DNA of 64,000 nucleotides. It comes from Mobula hypostoma. Taxonomy: Eukaryota. Location: the NCBI RefSeq assembly GCF_963921235.1, contig NC_086108.1:72108001-72172000 (forward strand), read 5' to 3'. Shown piece by piece: positions 35,378 to 48,398 of this stretch (position 1 is its first letter; each line of letters opens with the position of its first letter). The notes beneath the pieces are model-generated. The model saw nothing but the letters and a program-made list of their open reading frames with translations. It was not told where the DNA came from and did not search any database. Made by a program: the position numbers and the translations under genes.

Positions 35378-36679
35378 CACTAGAGGAAAAGAGGCTGAGA
35401 AAATTTTGGGCTCTTGTAGTATGTGCTTCCACTGAAAGTTGATTAATCTATTTATTATTCACAGTGGCTGTCATTTTAATCTCATTAATGCAGAAATAGG
35501 CTTAAAATGAGTGCATTAATTCCAGCAGTGCAGCATTAATGTACTAATTTCTTTTTCCAAGATAGCTGGAGGTCCAAATAAATTGTCAAGAAAAAGATGT
35601 TGCATCCATCTGCACCAGAAATGATGGCATTGTTTGAGCTGTAGGTTATACTGTGTTGGAATCTTCTGAAGAAGACTTTCTTTCATCCCTACTTACGTGA
35701 CTCCCCCTTACCACCATCGTCACCACATAAACACTTTCTCACTGCTCTATATCAATGGAAGGTCCCACAAACATATTGTTGCAGGAGAGCTGTTGCTGAA
35801 CAGAATAACAAATTAAAATCCTTTAATTGAAACTCGAGAATCAGTGTTCAACATAATTGTAGAATTGGAATTTAGCAGACCTTTCCAGCCCACACTTCCT
35901 AGCAACTAAATTAAAATACCCAACAGCCTGAATTGTAGATCTTCATTTTTATCGGTTTATTGTGGGGTTCAGTGGTTGTTTATATTCCAGTTTAGTTTCT
36001 GCAAATGTACAATTGTTGCTAACTAGATGATGGAAGGCTGTGATATGCCAGAAAATTGGCATGTAATCTAACATAATACAGATCACAAGCCTGAAATTGT
36101 CCTTTAACTGTACACAGATGGTTCAGGAATTTGAAAGTTCTATTGTTAAGTATTCACACATGTAAAAGTAGAATAAAGGAAAGTTCATAGCTGTCCAAAA
36201 AAAACTTCTTTTTATTGATCAGCATTCTCATGCACCAGAATATGATAAAATATTCAATCAAATTTAGCCAAAGGTTAACCTGGCGATGAATGTGTATCTG
36301 TGTGTTATTCCACGGGTTTCAAGTTTTCAGCTCTGCTGTACTTCACATATAATAATTTCATAAAAAAAATTATAGTTCCTTTTAATATGGAAAATGGTGT
36401 GAATATATTTATTTATATACATAATTTCTTCTTGCACTGGACAACTTTCAGATGGTAAAAACTAATCACTAACTTAATCTTCTTACATCAATTTCTATTA
36501 ATAATTTACATCAATTTAAGACAGTCAGCTTTAACCTAACACAACCCCTATAGACTCCTTGTAATATAATTTGTATAATATCCATTAATAGCAAAGAAGT
36601 GCCCTCCAGCCCCAATTTTGAAAAGTAGTCAATATACGGATTGTCCAAACTCTTATTCCTGTAGGTCAGCAGTTATTGT

Positions 36680-37020
36680 CTATTCAAAGTGGTGGTGATC
36701 TACTTTCTTGAAAATTACAACCCATTTGCTGATGGGCAGAGAGTTCCGAGATTTAGACCCAGTGATGAAGAAGGTACATACTGTAATATATTTCTTGCAG
36801 CATAATGTGTGACTTGCAGGGGAATCTATGAACAATGATGTTCTGATGAAGACTTCAATCTGGTTAGTGGTAGTGATCATAATTTCAAAGGTTGCTATCA
36901 GAATACCCCAAGCAAGTAATGACAGTGGATCCTGTAGATGGCACACTGCACAATGAAAGGTAAGGGGGTGGTGCAGTACACCCAGGCTGTTCTGTCCTCA
37001 GTGGTGTTGGAGATTCTAGA
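36680..37020 (-). mobile_element. Ancient LINE 3' fragment (CR1-group)
   Basis: Minus ORF ends ...TFFITGSKSRNSLPISKWVVIFKKVDHHHF, resembling the W/RNSLP...FKK.AHHHL C-terminus of CR1-group LINEs. Confidence 0.45.
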
Positions 37021-39061
37021 AGGGGCTTAATAGAAATGCCGCCACCTTATCCATGTGATCATTTGTAGGGATTTTGTGGATATTATATCAGTTCAGATAT
37101 GGTTAACATGAGTGACATCAGATAATATTAAATGTAGGACCCATGTATCTATTTCCTCTCTGTACTGTATTTGGTGGAGAGTTGTTTGTTGCCTACTTTT
37201 ATTAAATTGAATATCACCAGTGTTGTGTGCGACAAAGCGTTAATTGTGAGAGGCACAACTAGAGAAAGTAACATGAGTGTATTGAAGCATGGAACCAGTG
37301 ACAATGATCCTGCAGTCAGGGCTTGCAAATGAGAAGCTAGAGCTAAAGCTTTCAAAAGGAGTATGAAACAAATGTGAACAAAATTAAAAGTTTAATGCTA
37401 TCAATTAATGATCTTATGAGAATTAAAGAAAACGCTTTACAGGTGCAATCTCGTCTGAAGGATGACTAAATTCTATGAAGCTGTTAACTTCATTACTTCC
37501 CAAGATTGAGCAGGAAGGGCAAAATGGATGGTTTTCGGGCATTGACGGCTATAGTAGTGCATTCATAGAGGTTGTGAAACAATGGTTGAACCAGACATAT
37601 TCCATTGAAGGTCATGTTGCTGCAACAAGTGAATATGTTTCTCACCTTCCATCAGATAATGTTTCTCAAATTCCAAGGCATGTTTTGACTACGCATGCAG
37701 CAGAGGGCCCACAGGATGATGTGAAACCAAATGACAGTGTGTCTAATGTCAGTGTTCGAAATTCTGCAGCACAAAAAACACTTTCTGTATCTAATAACTC
37801 CTCTGTACCCATTAATACAGAGGTTAATTTAGATGCATTGATCAGATGGCATTGATTACTGAAGGACAAACATGCTTTGGAAGAACAAGAGGAACAGCTA
37901 TGGAAAAGGAAGAAACAGCTTCATTTGGAGGGGAAATTGCTGCACGGGTGACCAAAGTTAATGTGTGGTGAGTGCTAAAAGTACTGTAGTAAGACAGGCC
38001 TATGGTGTGAGTTCCTATATTGAAGAGGCACAGAGAAAGACAAAAATACTCAATGCCAATGCTGATCCATTAGTTCCTCTAATCTTTGGGGTGCATGTGT
38101 AAGGCTCCCAAGATATAGTTCAGGTTGTTTAATCTCAGCCTGCACTCATGAGGCACTCTGAACCTATGGCACATTGAACAGCTCAAAGGACTCATGGAGG
38201 CACTCACTTACTGCATGGAAACACTCTTTTGGACCTACCAAATCAGAAGACATGAAAGCTCTTCAAGACTGTAGTCTTTTTCTTAGAGGCAATGCAATGG
38301 AAGAATTGCAGTACATGCATGAGCTGGACATGCCTGCTAATATGTTGATTGACATAAAGAAATTGTCCTATAAGCTTAGGGATAAATGTAGAACAGTAGT
38401 CTGTGAACAGCAAGGAAGGAACAAGTGTAAGATTACCTTCACTGGCATTTTTGATTTTAGTGTAAGGCAAGTAAAGGTTGCTACACACCCACTGTTTGGG
38501 AATTTGCAGAATGCTACTTCTCTTGTAATTAACAAAAGTATAAACAAAACTGAGTCACAATTTCACTCTAAGGCTAAAGGAAACAACTTTGCCACTACTG
38601 TGACCACGGTGAGAAGTAAAGATAAAACTGAACCTGGAAGGAATGGAAAATGGTCTCATCAGCCAAAAGGGTTTGTCTGTTCTGTGAGAGTGAACACAAA
38701 ATGGATATGTGCCCTCAGCTGGAGAAAAGGGTCGTAGTGAGAAGATTGCCTTCCTAAAGGATAATGGTTTCTGCTTTGGCTGTTTGTGTGCGGACACATC
38801 AACAAGGATTGCAGGAAGCATACTTCATGCAAGGTATGCAATGGCAAGCATCCCAGCATACTTCATATTCACTCTGACGAAAAGGGTGCAGAATCAAAAC
38901 AAGCCATGGAAGAATCAGACAGCAGTGAGTAGTGCTCTGGTATCCAGCGGCCTCACAGGGGCTGGCAATCATGATTGTAAACTTCTCATGATTGCAGTAT
39001 AAGTGAAGTCTAAGAAGGACAACAAGACAGTGGTTACTTATGCTTTCCTAGATAAAGCAAT

Positions 39062-40134
39062 TGTTATAAGGAGGCATTGATGGCAGACCCAAATGCAAGA
39101 CACGGACACTGAGGTACTAGGAACAGGACAAGGTTTATCAAGAAAGCAAGGGGAACCAGGAGGAAATGACGCTGGACATGGACACAGGCCCTGGATGAGA
39201 CAAGGACACAAGGCCTGGGCTAGGACTAAGACTAGGAAAGCGGGACCAGTGCAAGGAACTTGGAACTAGGAGCCTGGGCTAGGATTCCGAGCCTGAGACT
39301 GGACAGGGACCTGGAACCTGGGTCTTGACTCGGGCTTGGACCCCAGATCTAGGTGAGGACAAGATGATGCTATAGGACTGGACATAGAACTCCTGCACAG
39401 GACGAGCCACATGGACAGGATGAGACCATAAACCTTGACTTGGACTTGATGAAGTTCTTAGACGTGGCTTGGACTGGATGAGGTTCTTGGACTGGACGAG
39501 GTGCTTGGACTGAGTGAAGTGCTTGGACGAAGCTTGGACTGGACGAGACTTGGACTGGACGAGGTTCTTGTATGTGGCTTGGACCGGACGAGGGATCTAC
39601 AGCACTGGGCTGGGCGAGGTACTCCTGGGCAGGATGTGGCTCTTGGACTAGGCTAGGCTCGGCTCTTGGACTCGGCTTGGTTAAGCCTTTGGGTACAGAG
39701 TCGGAAGTCCTTCTTGGAGTGCAGGGCTGGGACCCTCCTAGGATGCAGGGCCGGGATCCCTTCTAGGATGCAGGGACAGGACACATTCTAGGTTGCAGGA
39801 CCAGGATGACTGCTGAGGATATTTGCTGAGGTAACTGCCCAGGTACCAGGTAACTGCCAAGGAAACTTGATAAGGTCACTGCCGAGGATACTTGACGAGG
39901 ATTCTGATGAAGTGACAGGTGAGGTAACTATCGGGGATTCAGAAGGGAGGGGAAGGGAACAGTCCATCAGGGAATCCTTGGTTTGAGAGGTATTTATGTG
40001 CCAGCCCAAAATCAGAATCAGGTGCCTCAATTAAGGCACCCAGTGGAACAAGGGAAAACAGGAAAACCTGGAATAAGGAATCAACAGACCAGACCATGAA
40101 CCGGAATGCGGACTTCATGGACCAGACCATGACA
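39062..40134 (-). mobile_element. Probable solo LTR (TG...CA) inserted into the BEL protease
   Basis: The 1073-bp insert runs from tgttataag to ccatgaca, and the BEL reading frame is broken exactly at these points. It has internal degenerate tandem repeats and no ORF. Confidence 0.7.
39430..39595. repeat. Degenerate ~20-bp tandem repeat (CTTGGACTGGACGAGGTTCT-like) inside the LTR
   Basis: Repeated cttggactggatgaggttct / tggactggacgaggtgcttggactg units. Confidence 0.75.
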
Positions 40135-43100
40135 GGAGTACAGCAGTGTTCTGCACAGTGAGCCTCATGAACAAGTTCAACGTCACAGAAAAAAGCACGC
40201 GCACCCTCTCGCACACCATGAGTCAAGAGAAAGTCATGAGTAGCTACATTGTTTCAGGATTGGAAGTGGTTGGTTTGGATGGTGAAAACTATTGTGAACT
40301 ACCTAACATCTATATGCAGGAAAGCATACCTGCCCACAAAGCTAACATTCCTCATCAGAGGGATCTCCAGGGATGGTCTCACCTGAGACATGTCCATTTT
40401 CCAGAGATTGATTCAGAAATTGAGCAACTCAGAGGGACAATTGTGGCTAAAGCACTGGAGCCATTGCAAGTGGTTCGCAGTGTTAATGATGGACCCTATG
40501 TAATAAGAACAATGTTAAGTTGGACTGTGAATGGACCACTGAAAGGAGACAATGGTGTTGGATGGAACTGTGCACAGCCAATTAACAGGATCTCAGTTTT
40601 AAACTTGGATGAGTTTTGGCAGCAGCAGTTCTTCCCCGAATGCAGTTAAGAGGAGCCATCTGGTTCGTCAAGAGAAGCGCACAAGTTCATGGAGTTCATT
40701 GTAAATTCTGCAAAACAGGTGGTATGGCCACTACCTGATTCATTCACCTTTGAGAAAGATTGAGGTTAACATGCCAAATAACAGGAAGATTGCGGAACAG
40801 CAAACTCTAAATCTAAGGAAGAGGTTTAAGAGGGATTTGTCATTTTACTGTGACTACATAGCCTCTATGAAGGATATTATCTTAAAAGGTTATGCTGAAA
40901 GAGTGCCAGCAGAGGATCTGAAATGTAATAAGAAAGTCTACATCATGGTGTTTACCATCACAGAAAAGGGAAACTTTGTGTTGTGTTTGACTGTGGAGCA
41001 ACTTTTCAGGGAATAACTCTCAATGCTCAGCTTTTACAGGGACCATACCTTACTTGCTCACTGATTAGAGTCATAACCAGATTGAGAAGAGAACCAGTGA
41101 TGATCATGGTGGATATTGAATCAATGTTTCATCAGGTTAAACTACCAGTGAAAGATGCAGATCTGCTGGGATTTTTCTGGTTGCCTTATGGCGACCTCGG
41201 CCAGTATACGGTGGTCTTTAGAATGGTGGTACACCTCTTTGGAGCAAATTCATTACTGAGTTGTGCAAACTTTTCCCTTAGTAAGTGCACAGAAGACAAT
41301 GAAGAACAGTTCAGTTGTGAATCAGTGGGCAAGGTTTTACATTCCTTCTGTGTTGATGCCTACCTTATGTCAGTGTCCTCTGAGGAGAAAGTGTTGTTCT
41401 CTCTATCATGACCTTGTATCCATTTGGGCTAAAGGTGGTTTGTGACCCACAAAGTGGATAAACAACAGACATGGTGTGTTAGCTGTGGTATCAGAGAAAG
41501 ACATGAAGAGTTTGGATCAAGATACATCTTGGGTGGAGAAAGTACTGGGTGTGCAATGGTGCATTCAGTCTGATACTTTCAAGGTTAAGATCACAATCCA
41601 TGATAGACCATTCACTAGAAGGGGGAACCTCTTCAAGTTAGTTCCATCTATGATCCTTTAGGAATCTTGAGTCCAGTTGTGCTATCTGCTAAGAAAATCC
41701 TACAAGATCTATGTAAGAGAAGGCTTAGCTCGGATGACACTATACCAAAATCAGTTGTGCTTGAGTGTACAAGCTGTCAAGAAGAACTCTGCCAGCTGGA
41801 AGACTTCAAGGTTGTTAGATGTTTGAAATCCCTGGATTTTGGAAAAGTTACTGCTACACATTTACACCACTTTACAGATGCAAGCAAAGATGGCTATGGA
41901 GCAGTGACCTACCTATTATTGCACAATATGCACAGTGCTTTTATCATGGAAAAATCTAGAGTAGTTCCATTGAAGTCAATTTCCATCACCAATGCTATGA
42001 TGGCAAACCATATGGACATATTGTGGAGGAAGGAAAGAAACATGTAGCTTCATGACTCAGTTTTTTGGACAGATAGTACTTCTGTGTGGAAGCAAGTCAA
42101 GAATGAAACTTCCAGGTTCCGAATCAACATTGCAAGCAGAGTTCCACAAATTCTTGAGGTCTCACTGGCATCTCAGTGGAGGTGTGTAAGCACTTCAGGC
42201 AGCTTAGCAGATGTGGCCTCTAGAGGGTTGAAGGTGGAAGCTGGTTTTATAATAAAAGATCAAAGTACTTTTTATCAATTTTGGAACTTCATTACACTGT
42301 GTCAATTATCCTGACTTTGTCTCTCAGCATTTTTGGTTTGTTTTCAAGTAACTGCTACATTAAGAACTTCAAATGATAAAGACAGATAATTTAATCAGTC
42401 CAAAAATTGTTCGGCGACAGTACATGGAATGTTAAACTACCAGGACAATTAAATGAAACACTTCATTACTTTTAGAGAAAATGTTGTTTCTTTGACACAT
42501 TAAAATGATGCAGGAGTTCTGAAATACATAGAGTTGTGTTTTGCCCCCATGTAGCTTTCCCTGGCTAATTGTATTTCTGGTTTATTTGGTGAGGTAAAGT
42601 CAATGAAGGTCAGTCTGTGGGGAAAAAGAGAATTTGCTTAAAAGTAATCAACAATTTGATGATTCTATTTACTCAAGTATTGGAGTATCAACTTTCTACA
42701 TGTAAGTTTTACACCTGATTTAGAGTAAGTACCATTACAAATGGATTGAGTGAGCTGGTTGTGATGCTTGCTGTTAATGACTTGGTGATCAATAAGTCAA
42801 CAAAAGGAGATGTAATAAAACTTTATTTATTTTACTTTGATTAAGTCACTTGAAACAGCTTTATTATTCATTTTCATTCATTCCAAAACCTATCAATGCA
42901 ATAATTGTTGCATTTATAGAAGAATATATTTCTATGGCAACCTGCCCTAATGTTCTATTGATTCTATTGCAGCAGCCAGAGCTGGGCAAACAGTGGAAAA
43001 TGGAGGATTATAGAAGAATTGTGGGTGTGATTAGTGTTTCCTCTTTGGACAATTCATAGTTGCTATGACTCATTAAATTAGGTGATTTAATTAGCTTTGA

Positions 43101-43194
43101 TTCACAAGCTGCTTTCCAAAATAGCATCTTGATCTGTTTTGCATAAAGAACGTACACTGGCAAATATCCAGCATTAACATGAAAGGTGGTATTT

Positions 43195-43362
43195 AAAAAG
43201 GAAATGTTGGAAATACTCTGCAGGCCAGGCAACAGCCATGGGGTGGAGATGGTTGAACAACAGAGGAGAAATACACATTCAGTTTGTTGACCTTTCTCTG
43301 CAGCTGCTGTCTGACCTGCCAGCTTTCAGATTTTCAGCATCCACTGCATTTTGTTGTTTTGT
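43195..43362. mobile_element. Short fold-back element made of two inverted Penelope-like ends, old
   Basis: Left arm aatgttggaaatactctgcaggccaggcaacagcc; right arm gctgctgtctgacctgccag...ttttcagcatccactgcattttgttg. Confidence 0.45.
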
Positions 43363-43736
43363 TATTTGAAGGGGATTTAATGCTATGAAAATAGATTGGT
43401 GTGTGTTTTTGAATGGACAGGCCATAAGTCTATACTTGGATACCTAGAAATAACAATTGAACTTTTAGCAAATATGCCTCTTGCAAATACACTATTTGGT
43501 CAAAATAGATGGCCTATATCATCTGGCTATAAAAGTGCCTATAATACTTTACTTTATTGTCGCCAAACAATTGATACTAGAGCGTACAATCATCACAACG
43601 ATATCTGATTCTGCGCTTCGCGCTTTCTGGAGTACAAATCAAAGGTAAATATTAAAAACTTAAATTATAAAACCTAAATAGAAAATAGAAAAGGGAAAGT
43701 AAGGTAGTGCAAGAAAACTGAGAGGTAGGTCCGGAT

Positions 43737-46571
43737 TGTTATTAATGATTATGATATAGTTGGGATCACAGAGACATGGCTCCAGGGTGACCAGGGATGG
43801 GAGCTCAACGTTCAGGGATATTCAATATTCAGGAGGGATAGACATGAAGGAAGGGGAGGTGGGGTGGCGTTGCTGGTTAAAAAAGAGATTAACGCAATCG
43901 AAAGGAAGGACATAAGCCGGGAAGATGTGGAATCGATATGGGTAGAGCTGCGTAACACTAAGGGGCAGAAGACGCTGGTGGGAGTTGTGTACAGGCCACC
44001 TAACAGTAGTAGTGAGGTCGGAGATGGTATTAAACAGGAAATTAGAAATGTGTGCAATAAAGGAACAGCAGTTATAATGGGTGACTTCAATCTACATGTA
44101 GACTGGGTGAACCAAATTGGTAAAGGTGCTGAGGAAGAGGATTTCTTGGAATGTATGCGGGATGGTTTTTTGAACCAACATGTCGAGGAACCAACTAGAG
44201 AGCAGGCTATTCTGGACTGGGTTTTGAGCAATGAGGAAGGGTTAATTAGCGATCTTGTCGTGAGAGGCCCCTTGGGTAAGAGTGACCATAATATGGTGGA
44301 ATTCTTCATTAAGATGGAGAGTGACATAGTTAATTCAGAAACAAAGGTTCTGAACTTAAAGAGGGGTAACTTTGAAGGTATGAGACGTGAATTAGCTAAG
44401 ATAGACTGGCAAATGACACTTAAAGGATTGACGGTGGATACGCAATGGCAAGCATTTAAAGGTTGCATGGATGAACTACAACAATTGTTCATTCCAGTTT
44501 GGCAAAAGAATAAATCAAGGAAGGTAGTGCACCCGTGGCTGACAAGAGAAATTAGGGATAGTATCAATTCCAAAGAAGTAGCATACAAATTAGCCAGAGA
44601 AAGTGGCTCACCTGAGGACTGGGAGAAATTCAGAGTTCAGCAGAGGAGGACAAAGGGCTTAATTAGGAAGGGGAAAAAAGATTATGAGAGAAAACTGGCA
44701 GAGAACATAAAAACGGACTGTAAAAGCTTTTATAGATATGTAAAAGGGAAAAGACTGATAAAGACAAATGTAGGTCCCCTGCAGACAGAAACAGGTGAAT
44801 TGATTATGGGGAGCAAGGACATGGCAGACCAATTGAATAATTACTTTGGTTCTGTCTTCACTAAGGAGGACATAAATAATCTTCCAGAAATAGTAAGGGA
44901 CAGAGGGTCCAGTGAGATGGAGGAACTGAGTGAAATACATGTTAGTAGGGAAGTGGTGTTAGGTAAATTGAAGGTATTGAAGGCAGATAAATCCCCAGGG
45001 CCAGATGGTCTGCATCCTAGAGTGCTTAAGGAGGTAGCCCAAGAAATAGTGGATGCATTAGTGATAATTTTTCAAAACTCGTTAGATTCTGGACTAGTTC
45101 CTGAGGATTGGAGGGTGGCTAATGTAACCCCACTTTTTAAAAAAGGAGGGAGAGAGAAACCGGGGAATTATAGGCCGGTTAGCCTAATGTCGGTGGTGGG
45201 GAAACTGCTGGAGTCAGTTATCAAGGATGTGATAACAGCACATTTGGAAAGCAGTGAAATGATCGGACAAAGTCAGCATGGATTTGTGAAATGAAAATCA
45301 TGTCTGACGAATCTCATAGAATTTTTTGAGGATGTAACTAGTAGAGTGGATAGGGGAGAACCAGTGGATGTGGTATATTTGGATTTTCAAAAGGCTTTTG
45401 ACAAGGTCCCACACAGGAGATTAGTGTGCAAACTTAAAGCACACGGTATTGGGGGTAAGGTATTGGTGTGGGTGGAGAATTGGTTAGCAGACAGGAAGCA
45501 AAGAGTGGGAATAAACGGGACCTTTTCAGAATGGCAGGCGGTGACTAGTGGGGTACCGCAAGGCTCAGTGCTGGGACCCCAGTTGTTTACAATATATATT
45601 AATGACTTGGATGAGGGAATTAAATGCAGCATCTCCAAGTTTGCGGATGACACGAAGCTGGGTGGCAGTGTTAGCAGTGAGGAGGATGCTAAGAGGATGC
45701 AGGGTGACTTGGATAGGTTGGGTGAGTGGGCAAACTCATGGCAGATGCAATTTAATGTGGATAAATGTGAAGTTATCCACTTTGGTGGCAAAAATAGGAA
45801 AACAGATTATTATCTGAATGGTGGCCGATTAGGAAAAGGGGAGGTGCAACGAGACCTGGGTGTCATTATACACCAGTCATTGAAAGTGGGCATGCAGGTA
45901 CAGCAGGCGGTGAAAAAGGCGAATGGTATGCTGGCATTTATAGCGAGAGGATTCGAGTACAGGAGCAGGGAGGTACTACTGCAGTTGTACAAGGCCTTGG
46001 TGAGACCACACCTGGAGTATTGTGTGCAGTTTTGGTCCCCTAATCTGAGGAAAGACATCTTTGCCATAGAGGGAGTACAAAGAAGGTTCACCAGATTGAT
46101 TCCTGGGATGGCAGGTCTTTCATATGAAGAAAGACTGGATGAACTGGGCTTGTACTCGTTGGAATTTAGAAGATTGAGGGGGGATCTGATTGAAACGTAT
46201 AAGATCCTAAAGGGATTGGACAGGCTAGATGCGGGAAGATTGTTCCCGATGTTGGGGAGGTCCAGAACGAGGGGTCACAGTTTGAGGATAGAGGGGAAGC
46301 CTTTTAGGACCGAGATTAGGAAAAACTTCTTCACACAGAGAGTGGTGAATCTGTGGAATTCTCTGCCACAGCAAACTGTTGAGGCCAGTTCATTGGCTAT
46401 GTTTAAGAGGGAGTTAGATATGGCCCTTGTGGCTACAGGGGTCAGGGGGTATGGAGGGAAGGCTGGGTTCTGAGTTGGATGATCAGCCATGATCATAATA
46501 AATGGCGGTGCAGGCTCGAAGGGCCAAATGGCCTACTCCTGCACCTATTTTCTATGTTTCTATGTTTCTAT
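43737..46571 (+). mobile_element. Young CR1 LINE, nearly complete ORF2 and 3' UTR with a (TTTCTATG)n tail
   Basis: APE endonuclease (ITETWL, VYRPP, MGDFN, SDHN) and RT (KSPGPDG, NYRPVSL, DFQKAFD, PQGSVLGP, FADD); tail tttctatgtttctatgtttcta. Confidence 0.97.
43738..46473 (+). pseudogene. CR1 ORF2 endonuclease-reverse transcriptase, 5'-truncated, one in-frame stop (TGA 45292-45294)
   Basis: ORFs 43864-45294 and 45346-46473 are in the same frame, which is also open back to 43738. The stop replaces the G of HGFVKGKSC. Confidence 0.93.
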
Positions 46572-47234
46572 ATTTGGAGGATACAGCCCAGATCCGGGTC
46601 AGGATCCGTTCAGCAGTCTTATCACAGTTGGAAACAAGCTGTTCCCAAATCTGGCCGTACGAGTCTTGAAGCTCTTGAGCCTTCTCCCAGAGGGAAGAGG
46701 GATGAAAAGTGTAATAATGAGTATATTAAAAATTTCTTTCCAAATTACTTATTTTTCCAATTTACTTTCATGCTGCCTTCTGAATCCAGGTTCAACACGC
46801 CTAATACACATGAATTACAAGCAGGAGAGGGTCACTTGGCACCTCAATCCAGCTCCAGAGTGATCTGATTGTGTCCTCAGCTCTCTATTCCCAACTTTCT
46901 GCAGTAGCCTTTTACCCTTTTGCTTATTTACCTCTGTCTTGGGAAAAAAATCACATTCTATTTCTACCATCCTTGGAGTTCCAAAGACTCTTAATCATCC
47001 GGGAGGTAAAAGTTTTGCTTTATCACTGTCATTGAAATATAAACATTGGATATGGCAGCTGCAGGAAAGCATTCACCCTTTCAAGACTGTCTCACTGTTC
47101 CATAGCATCTGAATTAATTCTCTATCTTAAGATCATTTTGCTAGTATTTTTTCACACTTCTTGATGCCTTACATGTTTATCGGTTCACAATCAGGGACAG
47201 TAACGCAATATCAAGAATGCTTTGTTAGAATGGC

Positions 47235-47725
47235 ATAGAGTTATATAGCACAGAACAAGGCTCTTAAGCCCATGGAATCTGCACTACCAATCAAAACCCA
47301 TCTGCACTAATGATACATTAATCATTTCTTATTCTCCCAATATTCATCAACTTCTCCATTCTCATCAGCCCATTTCCTAACATTCATAAGAACATAAGAA
47401 GTAGGAGCAGGAGTAGGCCATCTGCCCTGTCAAGCCTGCTCCGCCATTCAATAAGGATTAGGCTGATCTGGCCATGGACTCATCTCCACCTACCTGCCTT
47501 TTCCCCAAAACCTTTAATTCCCCTACCATGTAAAAATCGATCCAAATTCATTGCCACAGTAGAGGCAGTTTACTGTGAGTAACCTACTAATTATATGTCC
47601 TTGGGATGTGGGAGAAAACTGGAGCACCTGGAGGAAGTCCATGCATTCACAGAGAGAACGTATCACCTCCACACAGCACCCAAGGTCAGGTTTGCACCTA
47701 GGTTTCGAGCATCGTGAGGCAGTAG
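47235..47725 (-). mobile_element. V-domain SINE with a nested CR1 3' UTR fragment (about 47385-47545)
   Basis: gggatgtgggagaaaactggagcacctggaggaagtccatgc (V-domain). The insert begins cataagaacataagaagtaggagcaggagtaggcc. Confidence 0.65.
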
Positions 47726-48336
47726 GTCTGCTCGGGGTGCCACTAGCCACTGGCTCTATTTTCTTTGTGACAAGTTATACATTGGAACCAGTATGGATCC
47801 TGTAAGAAAGTATTAAATTGGAATAGGGCAAATGATGAGAGTACATGTGAGTACCCTTTATCTGAAATGCTGATTGAAGAGGATTTAATGCTATGAAAGT
47901 GGATTGGCGTGTGCTTTTGAGCAGCCAGACCATAGGTTTGTACTTGGATACTTGGAAATAACAATTGAACTTTTCGCAAATATGCCCCTTGCAAATACGC
48001 CATTCAGTTAAAATAGATAATTCATATCATGTGGCTATAAAAGCACCTATAATAATGAGTATAAAAGGAATCTTAATTGAAATAAATTTCATCCCAAATA
48101 CTTACTTTTCCAATCTACTTTCATGCTACTCTCTGAGTCCAGGTTTAATACACCTAATACATATGAATTACAAGCAGGAGAGGGTCACTTGGCACTTCAG
48201 GCCTGTTCCAGACTGATCTGATTGTGTCCTCAGCTCTCTATTCCCATCTTTCTGCAGTAGCCTTTTACCCTCTTGCCTGCTTACTTACTTCTGGCTTGAA
48301 AGTATTCACATTCCATTTCTATCATCTAAGGTATAC

Positions 48337-48398
48337 CAGTAAGAGAAAATCTGCAGATGCTGAAAACCAAAGCGATACACATAAAATGCTGGAGAAAG
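48337..48398 (-). mobile_element. Penelope-like extreme terminal fragment
   Basis: aagagaaaatctgcagatgctgaaaaccaaagcgatacacataaaatgctggagaaa. Confidence 0.6.

Larger units (their letters stand above)
37300..42245 (+). mobile_element. Degraded BEL/Pao LTR retrotransposon internal region (gag, PR, RT, RNase H; integrase absent)
   Basis: Gag DDVKPNDSVSNV and zinc-knuckle remnants CFGCLC..., CKVCNGKHPSILH. Protease TYAFLD//GSTAVFCT. RT VFDCGATFQGITLNAQLLQGP...DIESMFHQV...HLFGA. RNase H LHHFTDASKDGYGAVTYL, FWTDST, ADVASRG. Confidence 0.9.
43547..46711 (-). mobile_element. Rex1-type 3' fragment (43547-43736 plus 46572-46711) split by CR1; TSD TAATA
   Basis: Tail ctttactttattg at the left. The right part reads on the minus strand LFIPLPSGRRLKSFKTRTARFGNSLFPTVIRLLN. 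TAATA lies at 43542-43546 and 46712-46716. Confidence 0.85.
43365..48328 (+). repeat. Local direct duplication of ~450 bp: copy A = 43365-43546 plus 46717-46970, copy B = 47875-48328
   Basis: Colinear similarity, e.g. ggatttaatgctatgaaa, tacttggatac..gaaataacaattgaactttt.gcaaatatgcc and atgaattacaagcaggagagggtcacttggcac in both copies. Confidence 0.9.

Noticed and set aside
35696..35795. Minus-strand segment bounded by ttctgttcag and gtaagt, exon-like
   Set aside because: Stops occur in all three frames. It could be a non-coding exon, but there is no supporting evidence.
43812..46091. Long minus-strand ORFs (258, 134 and 93 aa), and similar ones at 11641 and 59483
   Set aside because: Antisense shadows of CR1 ORF2.
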